This document shows, one piece after another, positions 1-9,990 of a stretch of DNA of 64,000 nt. This DNA comes from Microcoleus sp. Its GTDB lineage: Bacteria; Cyanobacteriota; Cyanobacteriia; Cyanobacteriales; Microcoleaceae. Position 1 is the first letter of the stretch; each line of letters opens with the position of its first letter. The notes beneath the pieces were generated by a model. The model did not search any database, was not told the origin of the DNA, and saw only the letters and a program-made list of their open reading frames with translations. The position numbers were made by a program, and so were the translations under genes. Where the stretch lies: the NCBI GenBank assembly GCA_042408215.1, contig JAYFMW010000003.1:192001-256000 (forward strand), given 5' to 3'.

Positions 1-111
1 TAGGTGGCATCAAAATGATATATACTTGTGATGCAAGCGGTTTCGGTTAACCGGAAAATTCCCGATCGCCCTCAGTAAACCAAATAAGTAACTAGCCAAA
101 TTAGATCTAGA

Positions 112-1479
112 ATGGAAAAAAAGCAGAACGCTGGATTGTGGGTATCAGTATTGTATTTCGCTCAAGGTCTCCCTTACACCGTTGTTAATTTAATGTCGGT
201 GATTTTTTTGAAAGGTTTGGGAACCAGCAACGAACTGATCGGATTGACAAGTCTTTTGTCTTTTCCCTGGGTTTTAAAAGGTTTGTGGGGCCCCGTAGTT
301 GATTTGTATTCAACTAAACGCAAGTGGATTTTAACAATGGAAATCATTTGTGCTTTTCTGTTTGCTTTGCTAGCTTTTGGTGTGTTAACGCCCCAGCCTA
401 TCATTATATCGCTTGTCATCTTTACGGCGATCGCCTTTGTGTCCGCTACTCACGACATCGCCATTGACGGATTTTATTTAAACACGCTCAATAAAGACCA
501 ACAAGCACTATTTGTCGGCGTTCGCAACACCGCTTATAGAGGTGCTGTCATTGCCGGTAGCGGTGTATTGGTTTTCTTCGCCGGTAAACTCGCAGAACAG
601 CATTTAGTCACCGGAACAGGAAGCGATACCAAAACATATCAAGACATTTCCCTGTCACTTTTTGGTTCCTCCTTTAATGTGTCTGCGCTTAACTATGGAT
701 GGGCGACAGCTTTTGGCATTTGTGCCATTATGTTTGTGCTGATATATCTCTTTCAGCGGTGGTATCTTCCCTATCCTAAAAATTATGCTCTAGAAGTCGG
801 CGCACCTAAGCAAACAACCAGCTTTATCGAGGCATTTAAAACCTATTTCCAGCAAGATAAAATTGGTTGGATTGTGAGTTATGTCTTGATTTTTCGGTTG
901 GGCGATGCCTTGACTTTTAAAATGGCTCCGCCATTTTTAATGGATAAAATTGAGAAAGGAGGATTAGCAGTTTCCACCTCACAAATGGGTCTGTTATCGG
1001 GTACTTTAGGGGTAATGTTTCTGTTAATAGGAGGGTTGCTTGGCGGCTATTTGATTGCCAAACAAGGACTTAAAAAATGGATGTGGCCGACGGCTATTCT
1101 GCAAAATTCTACTAATGTGTTGTATTGGCTGTTAGCAATGAATCAACCGGGGATTGAATGGGCTTATGCCGTAAATTCGATCGAGCAATTTACTTACGGG
1201 CTTGGCGTAGCAGCCTATACAGTGTTCTTGATGCGGACTGTTCGCCCTGAATACGAAGCCTCCCATTATGCGATTACAACAGCCTTCATGGCCGCAGGAG
1301 TGCTGATTCCTGGGGTTTTTAGCGGCTATTTGCAGGCGAATCTCGGCTATCAAAATTATTTCTTGATGAGTGCACTGGCTGTGATTCCAGGTATGATGAC
1401 AATCTTCTTTTTGCCGCTAGAAGATGAATCAAAATTAGCATCTATGCCGAGACCTGGACTGGACGATCCAGATTGGTAA
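112..1479 (+). CDS. MFS transporter, AmpG-like (muropeptide/acetyl-CoA transporter family)
   Basis: Hydrophobic 455 aa; LYFAQGLP, PWVLKGLWGPVVD and SATHDIAIDG motifs typical of the AmpG family. Confidence 0.8.
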   Translation: MEKKQNAGLWVSVLYFAQGLPYTVVNLMSVIFLKGLGTSNELIGLTSLLSFPWVLKGLWGPVVDLYSTKRKWILTMEIICAFLFALLAFGVLTPQPIIISLVIFTAIAFVSATHDIAIDGFYLNTLNKDQQALFVGVRNTAYRGAVIAGSGVLVFFAGKLAEQHLVTGTGSDTKTYQDISLSLFGSSFNVSALNYGWATAFGICAIMFVLIYLFQRWYLPYPKNYALEVGAPKQTTSFIEAFKTYFQQDKIGWIVSYVLIFRLGDALTFKMAPPFLMDKIEKGGLAVSTSQMGLLSGTLGVMFLLIGGLLGGYLIAKQGLKKWMWPTAILQNSTNVLYWLLAMNQPGIEWAYAVNSIEQFTYGLGVAAYTVFLMRTVRPEYEASHYAITTAFMAAGVLIPGVFSGYLQANLGYQNYFLMSALAVIPGMMTIFFLPLEDESKLASMPRPGLDDPDW

Positions 1480-1576
1480 ATTAGTAAGGTGCGCATTGCG
1501 CACATTATTGCTAACCGCAAATTCAGTAAATTAGTAAGGTGCGCATTGCGCACCCTACATTATTGATCGCCGCCAA

Positions 1577-2935
1577 CTAAATCACAATAAAATCGCTAGC
1601 TGTGAGAGGGTTTGTTTGAGGGCCGATGAAACTGGCAAGCACTTCACCAGTGCTGGCGACTTCTATCAGACTTGAAGTCTCGGTTGGATTAACTCTGACT
1701 TGATTAAAGGTCAAACCTTTGGTCAAACCGATTAAATCTTCACCCTGTTTAAAGTCGATCAGTGTGTCAGTACCAGCCCCTTTTCCTAACACAAATACGT
1801 CGCGTCCTGCGCCACCAATTAAGAGATCCGAACCCACTCCGCCAAGGAGCGTATCGTCTCCGTCTCCCCCGTTCAAATTATCATCTCCTTTGCCGCCGAA
1901 GAGCTGGTCATTGCCGGTGTCACCGGTGATAATATCGCTGGCCCCATTGCCGCTGAGAGTATCGTTTCCCCCATTGCCAATGATAATATCGTCACCGGCC
2001 AAACCGGAGGCTGTATTGTTGGCATTGTCGCCCACTAACTTATTAGGTTGGGAGGGAGATAGAGCAGTTTTCATTGCAATAAGATTTGCGAAAGAGGATT
2101 TTCCCGGAGTGGTTCTCAATTGCTCTACTGTGCTGCGAGATTGCAGTGCGGCTTCCAGTTGTGGCAATGCAAAGTTTAAGCCAGCTAACAGCTCTAAATA
2201 ATCTGAATCTGTAAAAGTAAAGTCGGGGCTGCTCAACTGGTCTACAGATATTTCTGTCTGAATCAAACCGGGAGGTGGGGTTGTTAACAGATCGGATTGG
2301 CCGTGCTTGTCCAAGACTAGCAGCGGGTTGATAATCGGGTCAGTAAATGTTTGTAAAACTACTTTTCCTGGCAGAAAAGCTTCTCCTCCTAAACTGGCAA
2401 AGTCTCCGCTAACAATGTAGTGAGTTACATTCTTGCCTGCGCCGACTTTCTGCTTAAATGTATTGACTGTACTTTGAGCAATTCCGGGGGAATTGAAGGT
2501 GACAATATCTCCGATCGCAGATGTGAATTCGGCGGCGGCTAGTTGTGTTAAAGCACCGCCCAAGCTGTGTCCGAGAACGTCTGGTCGCAAGCGGTTTGGG
2601 TTTTTTGTGGTATCTTGACTGATTTGTGTCAACCAGTTTCCTAATGCTTGTTTGTTGGCTTCAAGTTGGTTGAAACCGATGCCTCGCGGGTCTGTGTTGG
2701 TAACATCGTCTATGGGGGAGTCGCTGCCGCGAAATACTAGAACTGGCGGTTTGTCTGGGGTGGTCGAAATTAAGCCGATCGCGTGAAATCCCGTTGCTGG
2801 ATCGTCGAAGGTGCGATCGATTCGATAGCCGGCAGCGGTTAAACCAGCTTGAACTACAGTTTGAAATTGGGGATCGTTATCTTTGTAAACAAGTTGCTTG
2901 GCTATAGTTTCGTAAGCTGCGGGGGAGGATGGCAT
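1577..2935 (-). CDS. Lipase-like alpha/beta hydrolase with C-terminal RTX Ca-binding repeats
   Basis: VLVFRGS, nucleophile elbow GHSLGG, TFNSPG, then several GGxGxDxLx nonapeptides. Confidence 0.8.
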   Translation of the reverse strand: MPSSPAAYETIAKQLVYKDNDPQFQTVVQAGLTAAGYRIDRTFDDPATGFHAIGLISTTPDKPPVLVFRGSDSPIDDVTNTDPRGIGFNQLEANKQALGNWLTQISQDTTKNPNRLRPDVLGHSLGGALTQLAAAEFTSAIGDIVTFNSPGIAQSTVNTFKQKVGAGKNVTHYIVSGDFASLGGEAFLPGKVVLQTFTDPIINPLLVLDKHGQSDLLTTPPPGLIQTEISVDQLSSPDFTFTDSDYLELLAGLNFALPQLEAALQSRSTVEQLRTTPGKSSFANLIAMKTALSPSQPNKLVGDNANNTASGLAGDDIIIGNGGNDTLSGNGASDIITGDTGNDQLFGGKGDDNLNGGDGDDTLLGGVGSDLLIGGAGRDVFVLGKGAGTDTLIDFKQGEDLIGLTKGLTFNQVRVNPTETSSLIEVASTGEVLASFIGPQTNPLTASDFIVI

Positions 2936-3114
2936 ATTTTTGTCCTGTTGTTAGAGATGAAATAGAACCTTGAAATTCTGCAATTAATTATACCTTAATA
3001 AGTTTGTATTTCTGGGTAAAAAAATGTAACATTTTAAAAGCCGATTTATTCAAACAACCCGGTTTCTGACTCCGTAAAAGTTTTCCGTTAATTAGGTTAA
3101 CCTATTTATCTGGA

Positions 3115-4482
3115 TTAAAGCTGCACGAAATCCGCTCGCGAAATCTGACTGGCAGATATGCCCGTAAGAGTAGCCAGAATTTCGCCAGTAATGGGAATAC
3201 TAATTAAAGCTCCGTCATTACCTTGAGTAATTTTAATCAGAGCAAAAGTTAGACCCCGTGACAGTCCAATTAAATCTTGAGAGTCTTCAAAATCAACAAT
3301 AACATCTGCTCCGCCACCGGATTCTAATACAAAACGATCGCGTCCACTGCCGCCAATTAAAACATCGTTGCCAAACTCACCGGCAATCAAATCGTCTCCG
3401 TCGCCGCCGTTTAAATAATCGTTATTTCTGCCGCCGTACAAGAAGTCGTCGCCACCACCGCCGCTGATGCTGTCGTTACCTCTATTGCCTCTGAGAGTAT
3501 CGTTACCGCCGTTGCCGATCATAGTATCCTCTCCGGGGCCGCCGGTAGCTGCATTATTGCGATCGTCCCCTGATAAATAATTGGCTTGCAGAGGAGCTAA
3601 ACCAAATTGCATTTGTCTGATTAATTCCACAAAAGAGAATTCTGATGCTGTTCTCAAACTCTCAGCACCTGCTCTTGTCCTGATTGCTACTGACAAATTT
3701 GGCAAGGCAAAATTCATCGCAGCTATAAACTCATTAAAATCTGAGTCGTTGTTATAAGTAAAGTCTGGACTACTCAATTGTTCAACGGAAATTTGCCTCT
3801 GCAAAAAATCCGCTGGCGGAGTAGTTAACAGGTTTTCGGAGCGGTGCTTGGCCAAGGTAGTTAGCGGGTTAATATTCGGGTCTGTAAAGCTTTGTATAAA
3901 TACTTTACCAGGCAAAAATGCTTCGCCAAAAAGGCTGACGAAATCTCCGCTGACTATGTAGTGGGTAACATTTTTGTTGGGGGTTCTGCTGAGATTTCGT
4001 CGGAAAGTATTGACTGTACTGGCTGAGACTCCGGGAGAGTTAAAAGTAAATACATTGCCACTAATTGCTGGAAATTCACTAGCTGCAATTTGAGCTACAG
4101 CCCCACCCCAACTGTGACCGATCGCATCTGGTAATAACTGATTCGGGTTTTTAGAAGCATCTTTACCGATTTCTGTCAGCCAGTTTTTGAGGGGGTCTTT
4201 GTTGCTTTCAAATTCGGGAAAGCCAATGTCGCGGGAGTCGGAAAATATCGCGTCGTCGCCGACAAAATCCGTACCGCGAAATACTATAACTGGCGGGTTT
4301 TCCGGGTTTGTGGAACCGAAGCCTACGGCATAAAAACCAGTTGCTGAGTCGTCGAAGATGCGATCGACATAGTAGCCGTTAGTATCCAGAAAACGCGAAA
4401 CTAGATTTTGCGAATCCGGTCGCTCGTTCAAATAAACAATTGACTTTGCTAAAGCTTCATAAACGGCAGGCGAGGCACTCAT
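3115..4482 (-). CDS. Lipase-like alpha/beta hydrolase with RTX repeats (paralogue of 1577-2935)
   Basis: VIVFRGT, GHSWGG, TFNSPG, shared KNVTHYIVSGDF block, GGxGxD repeats. Confidence 0.8.
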   Translation of the reverse strand: MSASPAVYEALAKSIVYLNERPDSQNLVSRFLDTNGYYVDRIFDDSATGFYAVGFGSTNPENPPVIVFRGTDFVGDDAIFSDSRDIGFPEFESNKDPLKNWLTEIGKDASKNPNQLLPDAIGHSWGGAVAQIAASEFPAISGNVFTFNSPGVSASTVNTFRRNLSRTPNKNVTHYIVSGDFVSLFGEAFLPGKVFIQSFTDPNINPLTTLAKHRSENLLTTPPADFLQRQISVEQLSSPDFTYNNDSDFNEFIAAMNFALPNLSVAIRTRAGAESLRTASEFSFVELIRQMQFGLAPLQANYLSGDDRNNAATGGPGEDTMIGNGGNDTLRGNRGNDSISGGGGDDFLYGGRNNDYLNGGDGDDLIAGEFGNDVLIGGSGRDRFVLESGGGADVIVDFEDSQDLIGLSRGLTFALIKITQGNDGALISIPITGEILATLTGISASQISRADFVQL

Positions 4483-4619
4483 AATTATTATATTGTGTGT
4501 TTGTTGATATTTTCGATCGCCCAGGATTGAGCTAATTGTCCAATGCCAGCCATGATAGCTGACCAGATTTCTATGGTATACTTAAAGTTATCAGCTCCGA
4601 AATCAAGATTTTTGCGGTT

Positions 4620-4844
4620 ATGACTATCATTCGTCAATACATTGCTCCATTAGTAGCGATCTTAGTATTTTTCGCGGCCCTCGTAGCAGTCAGCGCTCGC
4701 ATCTTTTTGCCATCTGACATGGCGGCCCCGGCACCGATTGAGGAAGCGATCCCGCAAAAGCAAGCTGCTGCGGTGCATCCAATTTTCTTGGGCGTAAATT
4801 ATTCCCCGAACCCTGTCGGTGAGGGCGGATTTTGGTTGAGCTGA
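4620..4844 (+). CDS. Small single-TM hypothetical protein
   Basis: 74 aa ORF, ATG start, N-terminal hydrophobic helix, overlaps start of the GNAT gene. Confidence 0.6.
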   Translation: MTIIRQYIAPLVAILVFFAALVAVSARIFLPSDMAAPAPIEEAIPQKQAAAVHPIFLGVNYSPNPVGEGGFWLS

Positions 4845-5365
4845 TACCGGGCTACTGGCTGCGATCGGGTTCTGGGATCGATCGCGCACAACTGGTAAAG
4901 TTCATGCACCGGACTTACGGAGAGCTTTACCCCGATCGGGAATTGGGACATTTGGCTCAAACTGTCGAGCAGTATTTTTCCAAGCAGACGCCGCTTTGGT
5001 GGGTAGAGTTCCAGAAAAACATGGGGGAAGAGGAAGCAAATTTATCGGCACTTCCATCTTCTGATTTGAATCCAAAATCTCAAGTTCAAAATCTCAAATC
5101 GGTTGTCGGGTGTTTGTGGTTGGGAAATGCGATCGACCAAACCACCGGAACACGCCACGCTCACATTTTTCTGCTCTATGTAGCACCGGAACACCGGCGT
5201 CTGGGAATCGGTGCAGCTTTAGTCGTTCATGCTGAAAATTGGGCTAGATCGAGGGGCGATCGGCAAATTGGTTTGCAAGTATTTCTCAGCAATCAACCAG
5301 CCCTGAATCTCTATCAAAAATTAGGCTATCAAAGCCATTCTCTGTGGATGCTAAAATCTTTATGA
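4832..5365 (+). CDS. GNAT family N-acetyltransferase
   Basis: LYVAPEHRRLGIGAAL acetyl-CoA motif A; NQPALNLYQKLGY motif B. Confidence 0.9.
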   Translation: MVELIPGYWLRSGSGIDRAQLVKFMHRTYGELYPDRELGHLAQTVEQYFSKQTPLWWVEFQKNMGEEEANLSALPSSDLNPKSQVQNLKSVVGCLWLGNAIDQTTGTRHAHIFLLYVAPEHRRLGIGAALVVHAENWARSRGDRQIGLQVFLSNQPALNLYQKLGYQSHSLWMLKSL

Positions 5366-5488
5366 AAGGGGAATGGGGAATGGGAAATTGGAAATTGGTA
5401 ATTGGTAATTGCTAATAAGTATTAACTCACGAATCACAAACCACCAATAACAAATAACTAATCACAACTGCCAACTGCCAACTGACTG
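5365..5488. repeat. Heptamer STRR-like tract (GGGGAAT/TGGTAAT, then inverted ACAAATA/CAACTGC units)
   Basis: Degenerate 7-nt tandem units in the intergenic region. Confidence 0.7.
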
Positions 5489-5527
5489 AGTTGCTTAAGA
5501 GTATCCTCTGTGCGGTAAAGTTTTTTT

Positions 5528-6274
5528 ATGAACAATAACGACTCCCCCAACTCCATTGATACCGACACCGATCTGGAAAGCCCTTTGGATCAATTTGATG
5601 AATCCGAACCCCCGCTGCCAGATCCAGAGGAAATGTTGCCTTTGCTGGAATCCCCGGAAGCTCAGCACCGGATGATTGCAGCGCGGGCTTTTTGCGAACT
5701 GCAAGACGATCGAGCAATTGGGCATTTAATTAATTTGTTGAGAGACGGCTGCCCCTTGGTGCGGGTGAGCGTGGCTTATGCGTTGGGGCGAAATCCGAGT
5801 CCTGATGCTGTGGAACCGCTGATTCTTCAGCTAAAGCGGGATTGGAACGGTTACGTTCGGAAAGGGGTTGTTTGGGCCCTGGGAAATTGCCGGGATCATC
5901 GCGCTTTAGTACCTTTAATTGATGCTTTGAGAACTGATATTTCGGCCGTGCGTTTGTGGGCGGCGAGTTCTCTGGGTCAGATGGCAAAAGTTGGTTACTA
6001 TGTGGTAATTGCTGCGATTCCGCCGTTGATTCAAGCGCTGCGGGGAGATGCTGTATCTGCTGTGCGGAGTAACTCTGCTTGGGCGATCGGGCAATTAGCC
6101 CGCGAATTGCCGAATAATGTAGTGTATGCCGGGGCGATCGATGCTTTGATCGAAGCTTTAGAAGAAGATCAAGATATGGGCGTGCGGGAAGATGCTAAAT
6201 CTTCGCTGTTGCGAGTCGGCGATCCGCGCGGTTTGCAGATAATTGAAGACTTAGAAATGGAAGGAATTTTGTGA
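5528..6274 (+). CDS. HEAT-repeat (PBS lyase-like) protein
   Basis: Repeated VRxxxxxALG / LIxALxD HEAT units. Confidence 0.85.
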   Translation: MNNNDSPNSIDTDTDLESPLDQFDESEPPLPDPEEMLPLLESPEAQHRMIAARAFCELQDDRAIGHLINLLRDGCPLVRVSVAYALGRNPSPDAVEPLILQLKRDWNGYVRKGVVWALGNCRDHRALVPLIDALRTDISAVRLWAASSLGQMAKVGYYVVIAAIPPLIQALRGDAVSAVRSNSAWAIGQLARELPNNVVYAGAIDALIEALEEDQDMGVREDAKSSLLRVGDPRGLQIIEDLEMEGIL

Positions 6275-6315
6275 GATAATTATCGCAATTAAACACCACT
6301 TACTAATTATCAATT

Positions 6316-6678
6316 ATGCCTTTCGATGAAAGGCCGGAGAAATTTGCATCAGTACCCGCAATTCAAATGGCTTTTGCGATCGCTAACAGAGCTAATTTGA
6401 CCCTTGACGAGTTACAAGAATTAGAAAAGCGGGAAATGTTCTTTGAAGACCAGCGCGGTGCTATTACTAAAAGCTTCCAAGAAGGTCGCCAAGAAGGTTT
6501 AATTCAGGGGCAAACAGCATTAATCCTGCGTCAAATCGCGCGGCGCACTGGCGAAATTTCACCATAAATTCAAACTCGCATCCAGCAGTGATCTCCCGAA
6601 CAATTAGATGATTTAGGATAAATATTGCTAGATTTTACAAGTCAAGAAGATTTGATAGCTTGGTTAGAATCGGCGTGA
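6316..6678 (+). pseudogene. C-terminal remnant of an Rpn-family/DUF4351 protein
   Basis: QEGRQEGLIQG...LILRQIARRTGEISP; the frame continues through 3 stops to LLDFTSQEDLIAWLESA*; no nuclease domain. Confidence 0.75.
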
Positions 6679-6705
6679 GATGTGAATCAACAAAACAGAA
6701 TACCC

Positions 6706-6738
6706 AGCTCCCCGACTTCTTAAAGAATTCGGGGAGCT
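6706..6738. repeat. Palindromic hairpin AGCTCCCCGA...TCGGGGAGCT, possibly a bidirectional terminator (same family at 43319-43352)
   Basis: 10+ bp inverted repeat between convergent genes. Confidence 0.55.
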
Positions 6739-6745
6739 AAATGTG

Positions 6746-7519
6746 CTAATCTAATAAGTCAGGTTCCCGGCGCACTATCATCTCATAAAGTGGCTGAAAG
6801 CTAAACCATCCCAGGCGATGTGACCCTACTTGCTGCTGTGTTAAACTCGCATATTCTGGTTTGATTAAAATGGGTTTTCCCGCTGCTTCAGCCATTAATT
6901 GCGCTTGACAAGAACGTTCCATTGCAATAAACCACCAAGCCGCTTCATCTACGGTTTCACCTACTGTTAAAAGTCCGTGATTTTGTAGAATAATCGCTTT
7001 TTTATCACCTAAAGTTTTGGCAATGCGCTTAGCTTCTTCTATTTCGAGAACAACTCCGGTGTAATCGTCAAATAAAGCGTGATCTTCGTAAAAAGAACAA
7101 GCATCTTGAGTCAGCGGGTCGAGAAGGCGGCCGAGAGTTGACCAACTTTTGCCGTAGGGAGAATGGGCGTGGGCTGCTGCTATTACGTCGGGACGGGCGG
7201 CGTGGACTTGGGAATGAATGGCAAAAGCTGCTTCGTTTACGGGTTTATTTCCTTCCACAACTTCGCCTTTGTGGTTGACTAAAATTAGGTCGCTGACTCG
7301 AATTAAACTGAAGTGCATTCCAAAGGAATTGACCCAGAAATGGTCGAGGTGTTCGGGATCGCGGACTGTAATGTGTCCGGCGATTCCTTCGCTGAATCCG
7401 AAGCGGGCAAATAATCGGAATGCGGCGGCTAAACGCTGTTTGCGGTGGCGGCGTTCTTCTTCAACTGAGTTGAATTTTGGGGGTTGAATTGTGACTTTTG
7501 GGATGTTTATTGCGACCAT
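6746..7519 (-). CDS. Class II aldolase/adducin family protein
   Basis: GHITVRDP, AAFAIHSQVH, AAHAHS, ILQNHGLL metal-binding His motifs. Confidence 0.9.
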   Translation of the reverse strand: MVAINIPKVTIQPPKFNSVEEERRHRKQRLAAAFRLFARFGFSEGIAGHITVRDPEHLDHFWVNSFGMHFSLIRVSDLILVNHKGEVVEGNKPVNEAAFAIHSQVHAARPDVIAAAHAHSPYGKSWSTLGRLLDPLTQDACSFYEDHALFDDYTGVVLEIEEAKRIAKTLGDKKAIILQNHGLLTVGETVDEAAWWFIAMERSCQAQLMAEAAGKPILIKPEYASLTQQQVGSHRLGWFSFQPLYEMIVRREPDLLD

Positions 7520-7567
7520 AGCTTTCTTCCTTCTTCCTTCTTCCTTCTTTTTTCTTCCTTCATACTA

Positions 7568-8914
7568 TCATTTGCCGATCGCACTCCCAGCCAGCCACGC
7601 TGTAGTCCACGCACTTTGGAAGTTGAAACCACCCGTAACGCCGTCGATATCCAAGATTTCGCCAGCAAAGTAAAGTCCGGGACAGCGGCGGCTTTCCATT
7701 GTCTTGAAATCGACTTCTTTTAAGTTAACACCGCCGCAGGTGACGAATTCTTCCTTAAATGCGCCTTTTCCTGCGATCTGATATTCGCCTTGGACGAGCT
7801 CTTGGAGGAGTCGATCGAGGGTTTTATTAGGGATGTCGGCCCAGCGTTTTGGCTCATCAATGCCGATCGCACTTGTCAAACGTTCCCACAGGCGGCGCGG
7901 AATTGGAAACGGACAACTAGAGACGACCAATCGCTGCGACAACTGGGACTTTACCCCTAGCAATTGCTGGCGCAAAACTTCTGGATTGTACTGGGGAAGC
8001 CAATTGATTAATAAAGATGCTCGATAATGGCGATCGTGCAAAAATCTCGCACCCCAAGCCGAAAGTTTGAGTACAGCAGGCCCACTCAAACCCCAGTGAG
8101 TAATTAACAAAGGCCCGCTTTGTTCTAATTTTGCCGCTGGCAATTTTACCTTAGCATTAGCAACAGAAACTCCGGCTAAATCTTCGATTCTGCGATCGGA
8201 AATGTTAAACGTAAATAGAGAAGGCACCGGCTGTTCTATTGTGTGACCTAAATGTTTTGCCCACTTGAAACCAGAGGGATTGCTACCAGTAGCAAGAATT
8301 AGGCGATCGCACTTTAATTTCTCCCCCGATTTCAACTCAATTTCAAACCCCGGTTCCTTCGTGATGGCTCTGCCCCCGTGCCAATCCTCCAATGTTAATT
8401 TATTGACTGAAACTACCGCATCACCAGTGCGAATATTCACACCAGCATCCTCAGCGGCCCGGATCAAACAGTTAACAATTGTCGCGGAATCGTCTGTCAC
8501 CGGAAACATTCGCCCATCTGCTTCTGTCTTCAAAGTAACAGAATGACTGGCAAACCATTCGACAGTATCGCGGGGTTGAAACCGAGTAAATGCACCGCGC
8601 AGAGCTTTCCCTCCTCTGGGGTAATTCTGCACTAAAATAGCGGGGTCAAAACAAGCGTGAGTTGCGTTACAGCGCCCGCCGCCAGAAATGCGAACTTTTG
8701 CTAGGAGTTGGCGGCCAGCTTCTAGTAAAGTAACGCGGGCCTGCGGGTATGTTTGAGCGCAGGTAATTGCACTAAAAAAACCCGCAGCACCGCCGCCTAT
8801 GACTGTAATTGTGAAAATTCGATCGGACAATTTTTTTCTCGCTGATTGTGTTTTAAACTGAGATATTATACCATTTATAATAAGCTTTTTAATGGCGGGC
8901 AGGAACCCCCACAA
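7568..8914 (-). CDS. HI0933/BaiN-like NAD(P)/FAD-dependent oxidoreductase (true start probably ~8830)
   Basis: VIGGGAAG, KVRISGGGRCN, ITHWGLSGPA, GEILDIDGVTGGFNFQSAW. Confidence 0.9.
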   Translation of the reverse strand: MWGFLPAIKKLIINGIISQFKTQSARKKLSDRIFTITVIGGGAAGFFSAITCAQTYPQARVTLLEAGRQLLAKVRISGGGRCNATHACFDPAILVQNYPRGGKALRGAFTRFQPRDTVEWFASHSVTLKTEADGRMFPVTDDSATIVNCLIRAAEDAGVNIRTGDAVVSVNKLTLEDWHGGRAITKEPGFEIELKSGEKLKCDRLILATGSNPSGFKWAKHLGHTIEQPVPSLFTFNISDRRIEDLAGVSVANAKVKLPAAKLEQSGPLLITHWGLSGPAVLKLSAWGARFLHDRHYRASLLINWLPQYNPEVLRQQLLGVKSQLSQRLVVSSCPFPIPRRLWERLTSAIGIDEPKRWADIPNKTLDRLLQELVQGEYQIAGKGAFKEEFVTCGGVNLKEVDFKTMESRRCPGLYFAGEILDIDGVTGGFNFQSAWTTAWLAGSAIGK

Positions 8915-9004
8915 AAAATATCTCAGTTCAAATAGATTGTACTTGACAAGGCAACTTTGTGTAATACTAAATTATATTGTAACTCAACTTACCAAAGTTA
9001 ATTA

Positions 9005-9679
9005 ATGCAGTTAGCACCTTTATTTCCAATTATCCACCCGATTCTCAAATCTGCTTTTCCCAGATGTCTGTGGACGGGAGATGTCAACCGTCGAGAAATT
9101 GCCCTAACTTTTGACGACGGGCCACACAATCGGCATACTCTTGAACTGTTAAAAGTTTTAGATAGAACCGAAATAAAAGCTAGTTTTTTCTGGCTTGGTT
9201 GTTGTGTGGCGAGACACCCAGAAATTGCTAAAGCAGTTTGCGATCGCGGAGACTGGATCGGCCTCCACGGATACCAGCATATATCATTTCCCAAACTCAA
9301 ACCGCAGGAATTAAAGCAAAGTTTAGAAGACACGCAAAAAGCAATTTCCAAAGCTTGTGATTTAGATCCAAAATTAATCCGCGATGTGCGGCCTCCCAAC
9401 GGCTTTTTTACGCCTCAAACACTCCAGTTATTAAAACAGTGGGAATATCGCCCTGTGATGTGGACTGTTGTCCCGGAAGATTGGGTGCGGCCGGGGGTTT
9501 CGACAGTTGTTAGCCGCGTGGTGCAGCAAACTGTAAATGGTTCAATTATTGTACTGCATGACGGTTATTGTGGCGGCGAAGATGTGGCGGCTGCGGCTGC
9601 AAAAATTATTCCCTTGCTTCTGGATAAAGGTTACAATTTTGTTAGCATAGAGCAACTTTGGCAACAGGTCAGAAATTAA
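9005..9679 (+). CDS. Polysaccharide deacetylase (CE4/NodB)
   Basis: ALTFDDGP, GLHGYQH, RPPNG, IIVLHDG motifs. Confidence 0.92.
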   Translation: MQLAPLFPIIHPILKSAFPRCLWTGDVNRREIALTFDDGPHNRHTLELLKVLDRTEIKASFFWLGCCVARHPEIAKAVCDRGDWIGLHGYQHISFPKLKPQELKQSLEDTQKAISKACDLDPKLIRDVRPPNGFFTPQTLQLLKQWEYRPVMWTVVPEDWVRPGVSTVVSRVVQQTVNGSIIVLHDGYCGGEDVAAAAAKIIPLLLDKGYNFVSIEQLWQQVRN

Positions 9680-9865
9680 CTCATTTCGGAATAAATTTAT
9701 GAAAAAAACACTGTTGATGGCATCTCTTTTGTGTTTGAGTACAGGATGGGCGATCGAGCTTTTGCCTACTTCCAGCGATGACTTTAGATTCTAAACGATC
9801 GCTAAATCAGGCTAGAATACCTGATACTATAGCCTTTCTCAGTAACAGTGCGGTGCACGCTTGAT

Positions 9866-9910
9866 ATAGGGCATAGGGCATAGGGCATAGGGCATAGGGC
9901 ATAGGGCATA
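9866..9910. repeat. STRR heptamer (ATAGGGC)x6
   Basis: Six perfect tandem copies. Confidence 0.95.
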
Positions 9911-9990
9911 CCTCACCAAGATTGAGAACTGCTATATGTAAACCTTGCGTAAGTTTCGATCGCAAATGTGGTGACAAAGGAGGATGCTGT

